A DNA stretch of 58,242 nucleotides, filler included, from Squatina squatina (lineage: Eukaryota): assembly GCA_031763465.1 (NCBI GenBank). It is 3 parts of 3 records of this genome, joined end to end, with 100 filler letters (N's around TTAATTAATTAA, not from the genome) between each part and the next. Parts side by side here need not be neighbours in the genome. Positions count along the whole stretch, not along the records: positions 26,397 to 44,856 come from JARFOE010000016.1; positions 44,957 to 58,242 come from JARFOE010000234.1; 1 more part is not named here. One strand, 5' to 3'. Position numbers and translations under genes: made by a program. The number at the start of each line of letters is the position of its first letter. The stretch's first letter is position 1. Of the stretch, positions 36,046 to 47,882 are shown in pieces. Under the pieces are notes generated by a model. It did no database searches. It was given only the letters and a program-made list of their open reading frames with translations, and was not told the origin of the DNA.

Positions 36046-36473
36046 CTGTGGGCAGGAAAGACTGCTTTTGGGNNNNNNNNNNNNNNNNNNNNNNNNNNNN
36101 NNNNNNNNNNNNNNNNNNNNNNNNNNNNNNNNNNNNNNNNNNNNNNNNNNNNNNNNNNNNNNNNNNNNNNNNTGGAAGCATTTTCAAAACTTCAGCAAAA
36201 GCTCAAAATAAGGGGGTCATGAACACGGAGCTCTTACAATACAAAATTTCAGGGGAACTCACGCAGTGACTAGGCATTCAAGTGAAGTGTCCCAAGTTGA
36301 AAGCAATAATAGGGGTTAGTTTTGAAGGATTCAGTATTGGAACGATACAAGATGAAAGGAAGAATTTTAGGGAGATCAGCTGACACCAGAGCCAATCACC
36401 ACACACATGCCATTATGTGATCAACTGCAAGTCCCGGCACACCTAACAAAGAGAAGAAGTCAAATGGGATATG

Positions 36474-37384
36474 TGACTGAAATGTGATAAATTGAGCAAA
36501 TCATTGTGAGGAACATCATCAAAGTGCTGATGTAGGTGATTCACAACTCGCATTAACACTATAATTGCTTTATTAAAAGGCAACATTTTAAACCTCAACC
36601 AAAGAGCTGCCAATGAAAAAGAGGCTTTTATCCTGTTTCCTGTATTATTGTTGTCCCTGATCTGTTATCACTATCAATATAGGTCAGGCTTTTCACAGCG
36701 ATATGCTTTTGTCCAGCGTTTGTATTCTAGATTCCAGCATCCGCAGTATTTTGCTTTTGTATTGCTCTTTGTAAAACCTTGCTGTGTGCAAACTGGTTGC
36801 TGCATTTGCTGACAAAATAACAACGACTACACTTCAAGCGCCATTTATTGGCTATGAAGACAAGAAAGGCCTTGGATAAATGCAAGTTCTTTCTTTAAAT
36901 TTGTCATAGCAAGATCCTTCAAACAGCAATTAGAAGAAAAATTGGTGAATCTGGTTGAGGAAGTAATGCTAATCTGATTGAGCGCTCTTTCTTTAACAGA
37001 GATACGTTAACATATTTTATGCATCCTCCAAAGACGATGCCTGATCTTCATTTTTAAAAGGAGATGGTAAACATGTTATTTCCTTTTTAATCTAATGACA
37101 TCAGATTTCCAGAATTTGCAGTATATTTTTTATTTTATTATTCCATTGCACTGTTGACTGAAATGTGATAAATTGAGCAAATCATTGTGAGGAACATCAT
37201 CAAAGTGCTGATGTAGGTGATTAACACTACAATTGCTTTATTAAAAGGCAACATTTTAAACATCAACCAAAGAGCTGCCAATGAAAAAGAGGCTTTTATT
37301 TTTCTTTAATTATCCTGTCTCCTGTATTATTGTTGTCCCTGATCTGTTATCACTATCAAGAGAGGCCTGACTTTTCACAGCGAT
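36474..37384. repeat. ~230-bp direct duplication (36474-36702 and 37155-37384) flanking SINE/Penelope-like fragments
   Basis: tgactgaaatgtgataaattgagcaaatcattgtgaggaacatcatcaaagtgctgatgtaggtgatt...tttcacagcgat occurs twice with small indels. Confidence 0.9.
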
Positions 37385-37675
37385 GTGTTTAAATTATATC
37401 ATAGGTCAGCAGCTCTCGGGCACAGTTCACCTGGTAGCAGAGGACAACATAATTAGAAGTAAAATGTTTGATTAATTACCTACAAGACTGCTGAAATTAG
37501 AGACAAAAATCCAATATTCATTATTAATATTCATTCAGCAAAATAAGTCTTTAACTTAATAGGATTTCAGAAATGTCACCCCATGACTGAACTTTCGAGG
37601 CTAGCTATTCCGAGCCCCTCTTATTGGTTTTTCAGTGAATCTCAGACAAACAAGGGCAGAAAATTGTGTCCTTAC

Positions 37676-37843
37676 CTCCCCTTCCCTGTGGCCAAGCACA
37701 ATGGCATACAGTGCACCTTCCCATATGTTGGCAGATGCACTAAACAACATGCAAATGATGGAAATACATCCTTCAATGTATTTCCCAGCATTTGCATCAA
37801 TGGAACACTGGACCCAGGGCCCAGGTCTTCAACATTTAGAGAT
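37676..37843 (-). CDS. Unassigned internal coding exon (168 nt, phase 2-2)
   Basis: tttctttgccttcgcgcag|SLNVEDLGPGSSVPLMQMLGNTLKDVFPSFACCLVHLPTYGKVHCMPLCLATGKG|gtaagg; the other two frames are closed. Confidence 0.65.
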
Positions 37844-37969
37844 CTGCGCGAAGGCAAAGAAACTGAAACCGATAGCAAAGTTGTCTGTTATGGCAGTCTA
37901 AGTGTTGCAATGCACAGGCTCCAGAAAAAAGAAAAATAATGGGAATTTGTTTTTCCATTTTACTGACAT

Positions 37970-38092
37970 CTCTGAGACAGGCCTAAGACTACCGGCACGC
38001 ATGGTGTGGGGGTCCAGGCCTCTGAGACTGCTGGAGCTAATGGTGTGGCAGGCCAGGCCTCTGAGACTGCCGGCACGCATGGTGTGGGGGGC
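37970..38092. repeat. ~39-bp tandem repeat, 3 units
   Basis: caggcctctgagactgccggcacgcatggtgtgggg.. repeated. Confidence 0.85.
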
Positions 38093-39044
38093 TCTAAGGT
38101 TTTAAGGCACTATGCTGTGGCAGGCTGTTGGCTGCAACCTGCAACCTTAAGGTTGTCCTCCTGGTCTGAATTTGGCGGGGCTCCCTGGCAAAGGTGAAAG
38201 GGCCCACAATCACTACATTAATGACCCCAGGGTGGGAAATTCATCTTGGGTCGCTGAGGCATCTTCTTGATGAATAGAAATTCTGTCCCACTGGAGATGT
38301 GCCCCAATCAAAAAGTCTAGGCTATATCTTGGTAGGTTTAACTATAACAGTGAACCCCAAAATGACTGCTATGCGCCATTGCTACTTTTCACTTTGTTTT
38401 GGTAATCTTTGAAACTCAGAATACTTAAACCCCTAGTAATATAAATAAATACTCATATACATAGCGCAAACATCCACGGGGACCCAACATTAACATATTA
38501 ATGTAATCGAATATATAAGTAATTTTATAAAGCTATCTTTCGGATTGGAGCCATGAAACATGTTGGCCTTGAAATCCCTCGCCTTCTCACCGTTACCAGG
38601 AGTTTGTTGGTTGCCTTGTAAGTGGCAGAACCTCCATCTGTCCCATAAAGTAAATGATGGCCGGAGGTAGAGACTCCCTATGCCAGGAGTTCCTGCTCTT
38701 TAAGCTGGGCTGGGAACCAATATATCAGTGGGGTCCACTACACCAAGTATGGTGTGACTCCACAGGAAGAAATGTGGGCTTGGACCCCCAGACAACAGGA
38801 GGCCTTTTAATTTTTTTTAAAAAACAGAACAGCCTTCTTCTCATAGGTCTGCAATATGGGGGAGGGCTCACTGGAATTTATAGAAATCAAAGGCAGGCTG
38901 GTGTCAAGCGATGCACCTCAGGCAGAACTTCTGCCCACCTTTTCCATAAATAAAGAACTTGCATTCATATAGCCTTTTAGGATATCCCAATGTTCTTCAC
39001 AGCCAATTAACTACTTTTGTAGTGTCGTCACTGTTGTAATGTAC

Positions 39045-39140
39045 CAGACGCTATCTCAGCACAACCCCTGCCCGACACGAGGTTGAAAAGACCATTCGGC
39101 AGCTGAAAAACAACAAGGCCTCTGGCGCAGACGGAATCAC
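39045..39140 (+). mobile_element. RTE-like LINE fragment
   Basis: HEVEKTIRQLKNNKASGADGI, a KAxGxDGI motif upstream of the RT domain. Confidence 0.65.
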
Positions 39141-39339
39141 TGTGTGCCAGCACAGCCTTCAGCCGCTTGNNNNNNNNNNNNNNNNNNNNNNNNNNNNNNN
39201 NNNNNNNNNNNNNNNNNNNNNNNNNNNNNNNNNNNNNNNNNNNNNNNNNNNNNNNNNNNNNNNNNNNNNNNNNNNNNNNNNNNNNNNNNNNNNNNNNNNN
39301 NNNNNNNNNNNNNNNNNNNNNNNNNNNNNNNNNNNNNNN

Positions 39340-39645
39340 TGGGCACAATTCTACACAAGGTGCCACAAACAGCAATGAGATAATGACCAGATAATCTGTT
39401 TTGCACTGAAGTAGGTTGAAGGATAAATATTGACCTGGCAACCGGGGAAAACTCCTCTGCTCTTCTTCAATGGGATCTTTTATGTCCATATGAGACTTCG
39501 GTTTAATGTCTCATCCGAAGGACGGAACCTCCGACAGTGTAGCACTCCTTTAGTACGGCACTCATTACGTCTCTGGCGTGGAACTTAAACCCACAGCTTT
39601 CAAACTCAGACACAAAAGTGCTACCACTGAGCCACGGTTGACACC
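39340..39645 (-). mobile_element. Deu-domain SINE, 5' part with tRNA-derived head
   Basis: Minus strand ccgtggctcagtggtagcac (A box) then a B-box-like segment and the Deu domain; a matching 3' tail lies at ~38950-39040. Confidence 0.8.
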
Positions 39646-40135
39646 TTGTAAAGAAGTGCCCTCTCACTGAGCCCACTCAGTCTGGTGGGACCAGCGCTGG
39701 AGGACACTACTGGGATTGTGCCCCAAGGAATTTTGGAGTTGTGATATTTATATAGTTGAGTATGTCATACTATAAACAATTCAAGTATGAGCAAAAGTCA
39801 TCATCTATGGGAGTCATATCAAAGATTTTGGTATATTAGAGAATGTTATAAATAATGTTGCTGTATTCACCATTTACAAATCAACCACCTGATAAGTCAC
39901 AAACTACAACAAGTACCATTTATAAAGCACCTTTAACATAGAAAAAAATGTCCAAAGACAGTTTAAAGAGGCACAACCAGTAAATTTTTTAAACCATCAA
40001 TATGCACAGTTTTACTGTACTTTCTGTCAGCCAAATTTCACACATTAAGATCCCTCAAACAACAAATAAATGAATGACCAGGCAATCTGTTTTTGGTGAT
40101 GGTGGTTGAAAATTTGAATTTATTTGATGTTTTTC

Positions 40136-40518
40136 TTAAAATTTTGATTAACCTGCCATGGAGATGTAATCTCCCTTACTGCGAATGTGCTTCAGTGACA
40201 TTAATTATGGAAAATGTCGTACAAAAACTCCATTGCAGACAGCATGGTACACAACTGTAAACCGGCATGAGAGCCATTTCCAGATCTACCTGAACCCAGA
40301 AAACCATGCTACAGGCTGAGAATGCAAATTGTTCAGCCTGCAGCATGGTTTCTCAAGCTTGAATGGCTTCAAAGTGGTTTGAAGCCTCTCTTTACCCTTT
40401 CCAGCTTACTGTTTGCAATGGAGCTGCTCTGGGATGCATAATTGATACATGAAGATGCTTCGGAGAGAGGGAAACCTTGCTGAAGGACCTTCCTGCCGGC
40501 AGGAAAATTGACATTTTC
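40136..40518. repeat. Long imperfect palindrome (foldback/MITE-like) centred at ~40326
   Basis: Nested arm pairs 40301-40319/40333-40351, 40228-40242/40409-40423, ~40199-40209/40437-40446 and 40153-40158/40498-40503. Confidence 0.8.
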
Positions 40519-41119
40519 ATAATACAAAGGCAATAAATGTAAGGTAAATTTATTTTCTTCTGTAAAAAGGGGGAAGTTATTTGGAAGAAAGCGCTTCCTT
40601 TAGAAGCTTTCCCCTATAGGCATCAACAGTGCATTTAAGTTGGGAACCTATCAGAGTAAATAAACATTTATACAAGGTGGAAATTTTAACTGAAATCTGC
40701 AAGATGAGCCCTTTCCAGGTCACTAGGAACAATCTTCAGATTCTTGTACTTTACATTTTCACTATCACTTCTATATGGATCAGTTTCATATGTGAATGAG
40801 CATTGTATCAAAACTAGCTAGAGGTGACATTTTTGGACTCCTACATATCTGAAAAATTGCCTATATAACAAGTAATGATGCTCTCTGGTCATCCATCTTT
40901 TAATCACAGTATTTGTACTAAAAGCAAGTTTGTATTTTCAGCAATAAACAATCCTCTGCAAAATTGCAAAGTGGGTTGCAAAAGAAATCAAATATATCAG
41001 GAAAAAAAGCCATAATATTNNNNNNNNNNNNNNNNNNNNNNNNNNNNNNNNNNNNNNNNNNNNNNNNNNNNNNNNNNNNNNNNNNNNNNNNNNNNNNNNN
41101 NNNNNNNNNNNNNNNNNNN

Positions 41120-41522
41120 TGGAACAGAGGAGGCTGAGCGGGGACCTAATTGAGGTGCATAAAATTATGAGGGGTCTAGATAGAGTGGATAGGAAGGTCC
41201 TATTCCCCTTGGCTGAGGGGTCAATAGCCAAGGGGCATAGACTTAAAGTAATTGGTAGGAGGTTTAGAGGGGATTTGAGGAGAAATTCTTTCACGCAGAG
41301 GGTGGTGGGGATCTGGAACTCACTGCCTGAGAAGGTGGTAGAGGCAGAAACCCTCATAACATTTAAAAAGTGCTTGGATGTGCACTTGAAGTGCAGTAAC
41401 CTACAAAGCTACAGACCAAGAGCTGGAAAGTGGGATTAGGCTGGATAGCTCTTTGTCGGCCAGCACGGACATGATGGGCTGAATGGCCTCCTTCCATGCT
41501 GTAAATTTCTATGATTCTATGA
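41120..41522 (+). mobile_element. Well-preserved CR1 LINE 3' end
   Basis: LSGDLIEVHKIMRGLDRVD...GHRLKVIGRRFRGDLRRNSFTQRVVGIWNSLPEKVVEA...W; tail tttctatgattctatg. Confidence 0.92.
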
Positions 41523-41827
41523 AAGAAACTATTTCCTCTGGTGAGGGATTGCAGAACAAGGGGGCACACTCTTCAAATTAGAGCTAGGCCATTTAGGAGT
41601 GAAATATTTTTTCACTCAAAGGGTAGTGGAAATCTGGAAATCTGTCCATAAAAAGGCTATGTACGCTGGATCAATTGAAATTTTCAAAACTGAGATCGAT
41701 AGATTTTTGTTACCAAGGGATAGGGAGCAAAGTGGGGTAAATGGAGTTGAGGTACAGATCAGCCATAATCTCATTTATGTGACAGGACAGACTCGAGAGG
41801 CTGAATGGCCTACTCCTGGTCCTATGA
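41523..41827 (+). mobile_element. Second CR1 subfamily 3' end
   Basis: KYFFTQRVVEIWKSVHKKAMYAGSIEIFKTEIDRFL; tail ggcctactcctggtcctatg. Confidence 0.85.
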
Positions 41828-42678
41828 AGACTCATGTTTTAAAAGCGTGAAGTGTGAGAAGTATATCTGTCCAATAGACTACAAAGTGAATTGGAGGTCA
41901 GTTTTAGGAACTTGTAAATTTTGGACTTGCCCTTGAGTTCTGGGTGTGCGTTGTGCAAACCCTTGACAGCTGGACAAGACAACGAGGAGCTCACAGCATT
42001 AATCGTTATCAGAATACATGAAAAACCTTTGTTTCATCAAATACCCAATTACTTCCAGCTCTACTGCAGCAAAAAAAAGCTAAATTCACCCATGATGATT
42101 ATAAATGATAATATATAACCACACATCATATGTATATTCTGATTTTCCAAGTGCCAATTTGTTGTTCATACCTCATTCATTGCAAGGTTATATTTGGTTT
42201 TCATGGTCTTCAGTTCAGCTTGCACCCCTNNNNNNNNNNNNNNNNNNNNNNNNNNNNNNNNNNNNNNNNNNNNNNNNNNNNNNNNNNNNNNNNNNNNNNN
42301 NNNNNNNNNNNNNNNNNNNNNNNNNNNNNTTTTAAAAATACATAAAACCATACTGATTTCTTTGAAAATAATTTCAAGCTAGTAATCTAATCTAAGGACT
42401 CACGTAAAACAAATTAAGCCACTGGACAGAAAAAGAATAGAAATGAACTCTCTCAACTTCTAACACCATCAATTTTTCTGTTGTTGCATTCAAATTATTT
42501 TATTTTACAAAAAACCTTTTGGGGAGAACAAGACCCGATTGAACATTGCTTTTTGTGTGAATATATTTGAATTACAGCTTAAATTAAGTCAACACTAACA
42601 GATACTTTTTCTTCACCTAATTACTGAATGTCTAGTGCAAACATGCCCTCATCAAGACTAATGCGCTACATCTCTCAC

Positions 42679-42891
42679 CTGTAGGCTGGCATCCTGCACT
42701 TGTGCACGAAGTTTGCATATGGTCTCATCTTTTTGTTTGAGTTCAGCCTGGGTTTGCGTCAGTTTCTCCTCCAGCCCTTCTCTTTTGGACACCAATTCTT
42801 TGTGTCTTTCTGCTGCCTCAGCAGCAAAAGCCGAATTGGCATTTCGAGAAGACAGCTCAAGGTCCTGAATAGTGGCTGTGAGCTTTACAAT
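42679..42891 (-). CDS. Unassigned coiled-coil exon (213 nt, phase 0-0)
   Basis: catag|IVKLTATIQDLELSSRNANSAFAAEAAERHKELVSKREGLEEKLTQTQAELKQKDETICKLRAQVQDASLQ|gtgaga. Confidence 0.75.
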
Positions 42892-44792
42892 CTATGGTAC
42901 AAACAAAAATCACTTGGTGAAGAAACATTGAGATCAAATTTAAAATAGTCTTCCTTGAATTTAAATTCCTCCATGGACTCACCCTTCGCTTTCTCTGCAA
43001 CCTCCTCCAGTGCTACAATTCTCCTCCACTCTTCATTTCTCTGACTCCATTCTTTTGTGCATTCNNNNNNNNNNCACTGTCATTTTTACCCCAAATTTTG
43101 TTTTAGCCAAGAAAATAGGTGTAGATGTTACTGAGGCTCTATTGCCAGCCAAGAGAAGTAAAAATGCAGATTGCACTGAAGACTGAGCGTATAAGATTTA
43201 GACTATGGTAAGTAACCTAGCAAGCAAAATATCGATGAAAAGTGACAAAGCTTAACCCAGCATACCATTATTGAAGGTCACTTTACCCAAGCATAGATAT
43301 AGGAGCTGTCTAACACAAACTCTATACTGCAAAGAATTNNNNNNNNNNNNNNNNNNNNNNNNNNNNNNNNNNNNNNNNNNNNNNNNNNNNNNNNNNNNNN
43401 NNNNNNNNNNNNNNNNNNNNNNNNNNNNNNNNNNNNNNTGCTGTGAATTATGCATTCCTTCACTTGCTGAATTTAACAACTTCATACCAATAGTTGCCAT
43501 ATATGATTAAAATGCTAAATAGCAATTTGCAGACAGTCATCTAATCTTGGGGTTTAACTAATAAACTTCTTTTGAACTTAATTTGTAGTTTACAACATTA
43601 TCTAAACATCAAATTATTGCCACACAAGCTGTACTATTCAGGTGGTATCAATTTAAAGGATTATTCATAGTCTCTGGGTCGATGTCCAAGAATCAAAAAG
43701 AGGCTTTTTTCTCCTGCTTCAACCTGTGTGCAGAGTCACTGAGGCTATTGCTGACCTCAATGGAAGGTGAATCAGGCTTGTCATGAGATGACACAAAATG
43801 TCACATCTTTACAATGGTCTGGTATAACACTGTGAACTTTAGTTTGTCCTAACAAATATATTAATGAGAAGTCGTTTGGACTTAAAGTACTTTCCCATAA
43901 CGCATTCTTCCTTTTTAAGGAGCACAAGAAAAAAAGAGTACAATAAAACATAGGTAGTCAAGCAAAGCATCTGATACAACTCGACATTATGATGGATTCA
44001 CATATTCTGCACAATAAATAAAACAAATTTAAAATCGTGCAATTTAAATAAAATAAGAAATACACTGAATAATGAAATGGCCGATAGTTCCAATTAATTT
44101 TGGCTTTATTTGGCACTACAAATTTACATAAATAGCTAAAAAGCTTCTACACAGAGGAAAACTGATGTATTTTTACATTCTGAGGAACTTTGGTAGTCAA
44201 ATAAACTAGTACGCTAGCTAAAATACTTCACAAGTTGGATAAACTGTTGGCTGCAGCATTCTTCTTTTAATAGCCCAAACATTCAGCATACTGGCACCAA
44301 CATTTTTTGATTTTGCATACACCTCACATCTCGGGTAAAGCAAATCATTTCAGTTTCATTTTAAATTTGAAGGGCCTTGTAATAATTTTTTGAATATCAG
44401 TCTGTCTGTTAGAAAACTATAGGAAAGATACAGCACAGAAGGGGGCCAATCGGCCCATTGTCTCTGTGCCAGCTCGAAGAACAACTAGGGACCCATTCTA
44501 ATCCCACCTTCCAGCACCCGGTCTGTAGCCCTGCAGCTTGCAGCACTTTAGNNNNNNNNNNGTTCTTTTTTTGAATTTAGCAAATTACTGTATTCCTTCC
44601 TCCCCAAAAAGAACCAGACAGATGTACTTGCTTCCTACTGAAATAGAAAATGCCTGATGTCTAAATTGATTTAGATATACGACAGCAATAAGTCCAGCTA
44701 ATGCAGAGCTGAATATGTTTTATACATGCAAGCTACAATCAGGTTACTTTGCAGATTAAGGCCTAAAGCCTGAGGGTACAGTAAATGCCTAC

Positions 44793-44856
44793 CTGTTTTT
44801 GGACCTCTTTGTGCAGCTCCTTGGTGGTATCCAGCTCCTCTTTCAGCTGTTGCAGG
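44793..44856 (-). CDS. Partial coiled-coil exon (5' part in gap), likely the same gene as 42679-42891
   Basis: LQQLKEELDTTKELHKEVQKQ|gtaggc. Confidence 0.6.
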
Positions 44857-44955
44857 NNNNNNNNNNNNNNNNNNNNNNNNNNNNNNNNNNNNNNNNNNNN
44901 TTAATTAATTAANNNNNNNNNNNNNNNNNNNNNNNNNNNNNNNNNNNNNNNNNNN
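44857..44955. other. Artificial scaffold-joining spacer
   Basis: TTAATTAATTAA within Ns. Confidence 0.92.
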
Positions 44956-45711
44956 NTATTAGTCCTGGCCTCTGGATTACTAGTCCAGTAACCATTATAC
45001 TACCGTTTCCATCAAAGATAAAGGTTTCAACTGCTGACAATTAAAGTTCCCTCTACCTTCCTCCACCCCTCACACCCCAGGTTTGAATGGACCCCACAAA
45101 AAATCTACATCCAGGTAATTAAGTAACCACCTCCATCCCCACTCCATAAAATGACATTGTTAGAAAACTGAAAAGTACAGAAAAGAACAAACAAGTAAAT
45201 GCTTTAGTCTGTCCTGAACACCTGACAGCAGTTGTCGGAGAAGTATGGAAGTTGAATCCTTTATGGAATAAATTCTACTTGTCGTCAGTCTCAAAGCCAA
45301 GCCTCGCGCAACAGGAGGGCAGATTGAACAATCGAGAATGGAGGTCAGTGGGCGAGACTTGCTGCAGTCCCAATTTTCCGAGTCATTAAAATTATAAACC
45401 AGAAAATTGGGAATGCCATAAATCAGGAATGCTGACTTCTGCCACCGATTGTTCACTATGTTCTCTTGGCAAGCAGGACATCTAGCCAGGAAAGGTAATT
45501 CATACAATTTACTCATACGTGTCGATTTTGCTGTTGCCACTTGACTTGGGAATATCATAACGGAATTGAATGACGGTAGGTTGTAATTCTATGCTTATGA
45601 GTCCAGGAGATCAATAACACTACCATCCCAAACATAAATTTCCACTCTCATTTCTCAAGGCATATCTGTATATTTTGAGCTGGCCTACTGGAAAAGAAGA
45701 TACATCATTAC

Positions 45712-45914
45712 CATAAACATCTGCACCATGGTCGTACACAGTGTCCAGACAAGTTCCATCCCTAGTGTCCCAGACACGAATAGTGTAGTCCCAGCTGCCC
45801 GATATTAGGAGGTAGGGGACTTCTGTGTTCCACATCAGACCTCGTACTGGTGCTTTGTGTCCACTTAGAATATTTATACAGGCATCCTGTGTGTAGTCCC
45901 ATATCCTTACAGTA
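45712..45914 (-). CDS. WDR17: WD repeat protein 17 exon
   Basis: ctacag|TVRIWDYTQDACINILSGHKAPVRGLMWNTEVPYLLISGSWDYTIRVWDTRDGTCLDTVYDHGADVY(G)|gtaatg. Confidence 0.93.
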
Positions 45915-46397
45915 CTGTAGAGAAAATACAGAAAGCTTACAACAACTGCTAACCTCAAAAAAAAATCCCAGAATCTCAGATGTGCTTGTCATAAAACACA
46001 TTTCCAAACATTAATTTGCTTTATAACTCATTAAAAATAAAAATAAAATGGAAATGCTGGAAATCTGAAATAAAAGCAAAACAGTCTGAAAATATATAGC
46101 ATGACTGCCAGGATTTGAAAAGGAATAAAAAGATAAGTTAATGTTTTCAGGCCAGTATGGTCTCTGGCTGAAACAAGAATCTTATCTTTTCTCTTTAAAG
46201 ATGAAGATGGACCTGTTGTGTAGTTTTTTGTTTCTTGGCTTCATGATCAGTTTGGTTTATGCAGTTGCACAATTTTGTTGCTGATAGAAATGATACCAAT
46301 TAATTGATAAAATGTTCTTAAAGACTGGGGCAGAACCAGACTCATTTTATTTATTTGTGTATGTAATTGGGGTCAAGAATTTCTTCTTTGTATTGAA

Positions 46398-47140
46398 GAG
46401 ACTTGAGCACATAAATCAAGGCTGTCACTCCAGTGCAGTGCTGAGGGAGTGCTGCACTGTCGGAGGTGCTGTCTTTCAGATGAGACGTTAAACCGAGGGC
46501 CCCGTCTGCCTTCTCAGGCGGACGTAAAAGATCCCGCGGCACTATTTCGATGAAGAGCAGGGGGAGTTCTCCCTGGTGGCCTGGCCAATATTTATCCCTC
46601 AATGAACATCAGTAAAGCAGATTATCTGGTCATTGTCACATTGCTGTCTGTGGGAGCTTGCTGTGCGCAAATTGGCTGCTGTGTTTCCGACATTACAACA
46701 GTGACTAAACTTCTAAATGATTTCANNNNNNNNNNNNNNNNNNNNNNNNNNNNNNNNNNNNNNNNNNNNNNNNNNNNNNNNNNNNNNNNNNNNNNNNNNN
46801 NNNNNNNNNNNNNNNNNNNNNNNNNGGAGTGCTGCACTGTTGGAGGGGCTGTCTTTTGCCTGAGGAGTTAAGACTAACTGCCATTTCAGGCAGATATAAA
46901 AGATCCCATGGCACTATTCAAAGAAGAGCAGAGGAAATGTCCTGGTCAGTGTTTGCCCCTCAACCAACACCTAAAACAGGTTATCTGGTCATTTGGTACC
47001 TTGCCATGTGCAAATTTACTGCTACGTCTTCTACATTACAACGGTGACTACCTTTCAGAGGTACTTCATTGGCTGCAAAGCACTTTGGGACATTCTGAGG
47101 ATGTGAAAGATGCTATATAAATGCAAGTCTTTCTTTCTAT
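46398..47140 (+). mobile_element. Two Deu-domain SINE copies separated by a gap (46398-46725, 46826-47140)
   Basis: gagtgctgcactgtcggagg...aaaagatccc..ggcactatt..aagagcag...; tail ctatataaatgcaagtcttt. Confidence 0.85.
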
Positions 47141-47199
47141 TGCAGACACTTCCAAATAGACAAATCAGATCATACATTATTTATAAAATAACTTCTTCC

Positions 47200-47297
47200 A
47201 ATTCTGACAAAAGTTTTTTGACCTGTAACGTTAACTCTGTTTCTCTCTTTACAGATGCTGCCTGACCTGCTGAGAGCTTTCAGCATTTTGTTTTTAA
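47200..47297 (+). mobile_element. Penelope-like terminal repeat remnant with decayed hammerhead motif
   Basis: ttctgacaaaagttttttgacctgtaacgttaactctgtttctctctttacagatgctgcctgacctgctgag; homologous to 56725-56823 (-). Confidence 0.55.
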
Positions 47298-47402
47298 TCT
47301 CATACTTTTTATGACTGTCCAGTTACACCGGAATACAGAAAAAGTCAACTTCTATCTTACTTTCTGCATTTAACTGTAAGAAGATGAAACCCAGCAACTT
47401 AC

Positions 47403-47494
47403 CTCGCTAAATCGCGTAATCGTTTTTCCTTTCTTCACATCCCATATAAAAGCTCCGTTGCGTGAGGTTGCGCCTGCGATGCAGTTTAGGTCAC
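47403..47494 (-). CDS. WDR17: WDR17 exon
   Basis: tttgaag|(G)DLNCIAGATSRNGAFIWDVKKGKTITRFSE|gtaagt. Confidence 0.9.
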
Positions 47495-47882
47495 CTTCAA
47501 ATAAGGAGGACATTTACGTGTAGTTGTGAAGTATTAAACCACTTACATTTCAAAGCTTTTAAATGAGTAAACTGCTCTTGTTCTAGTCACTACAGACATA
47601 GACAAAGGCCTTACAGATAAATGTAGTGATACATTTAAAATGAGTGTCAATTTAAAGGAACAACTCCTGGAAAGTGCAAATGCGGTAACGTAATGTTAGG
47701 ATGGGATCTGACTTAGCTGTGAGGCAGTACTGGGAGGAGATAGGACAGGTTTATTTGGGGATGCACAAGCAAAATTATGCAAGATAAAAGCATGCTACCA
47801 GCCTCATGGCTGAGTGTATACTAGAACAAGCTGAAAATTAATTTTCAATTATTGGTTCAAATTCACTTATTGTCGATCTGTT

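Noticed and set aside
37676-37900. Alternative frame with in-frame TGA (..ISKC*RPGPW..) as a selenocysteine codon
   Set aside because: A better acceptor gives a fully open frame; no SECIS or selenoprotein motif seen
45160-45558. 132-aa minus-strand ORF next to a WDR17 exon
   Set aside because: No WD40 or other recognisable motif and no good splice sites; likely a chance ORF in intronic or repeat sequence
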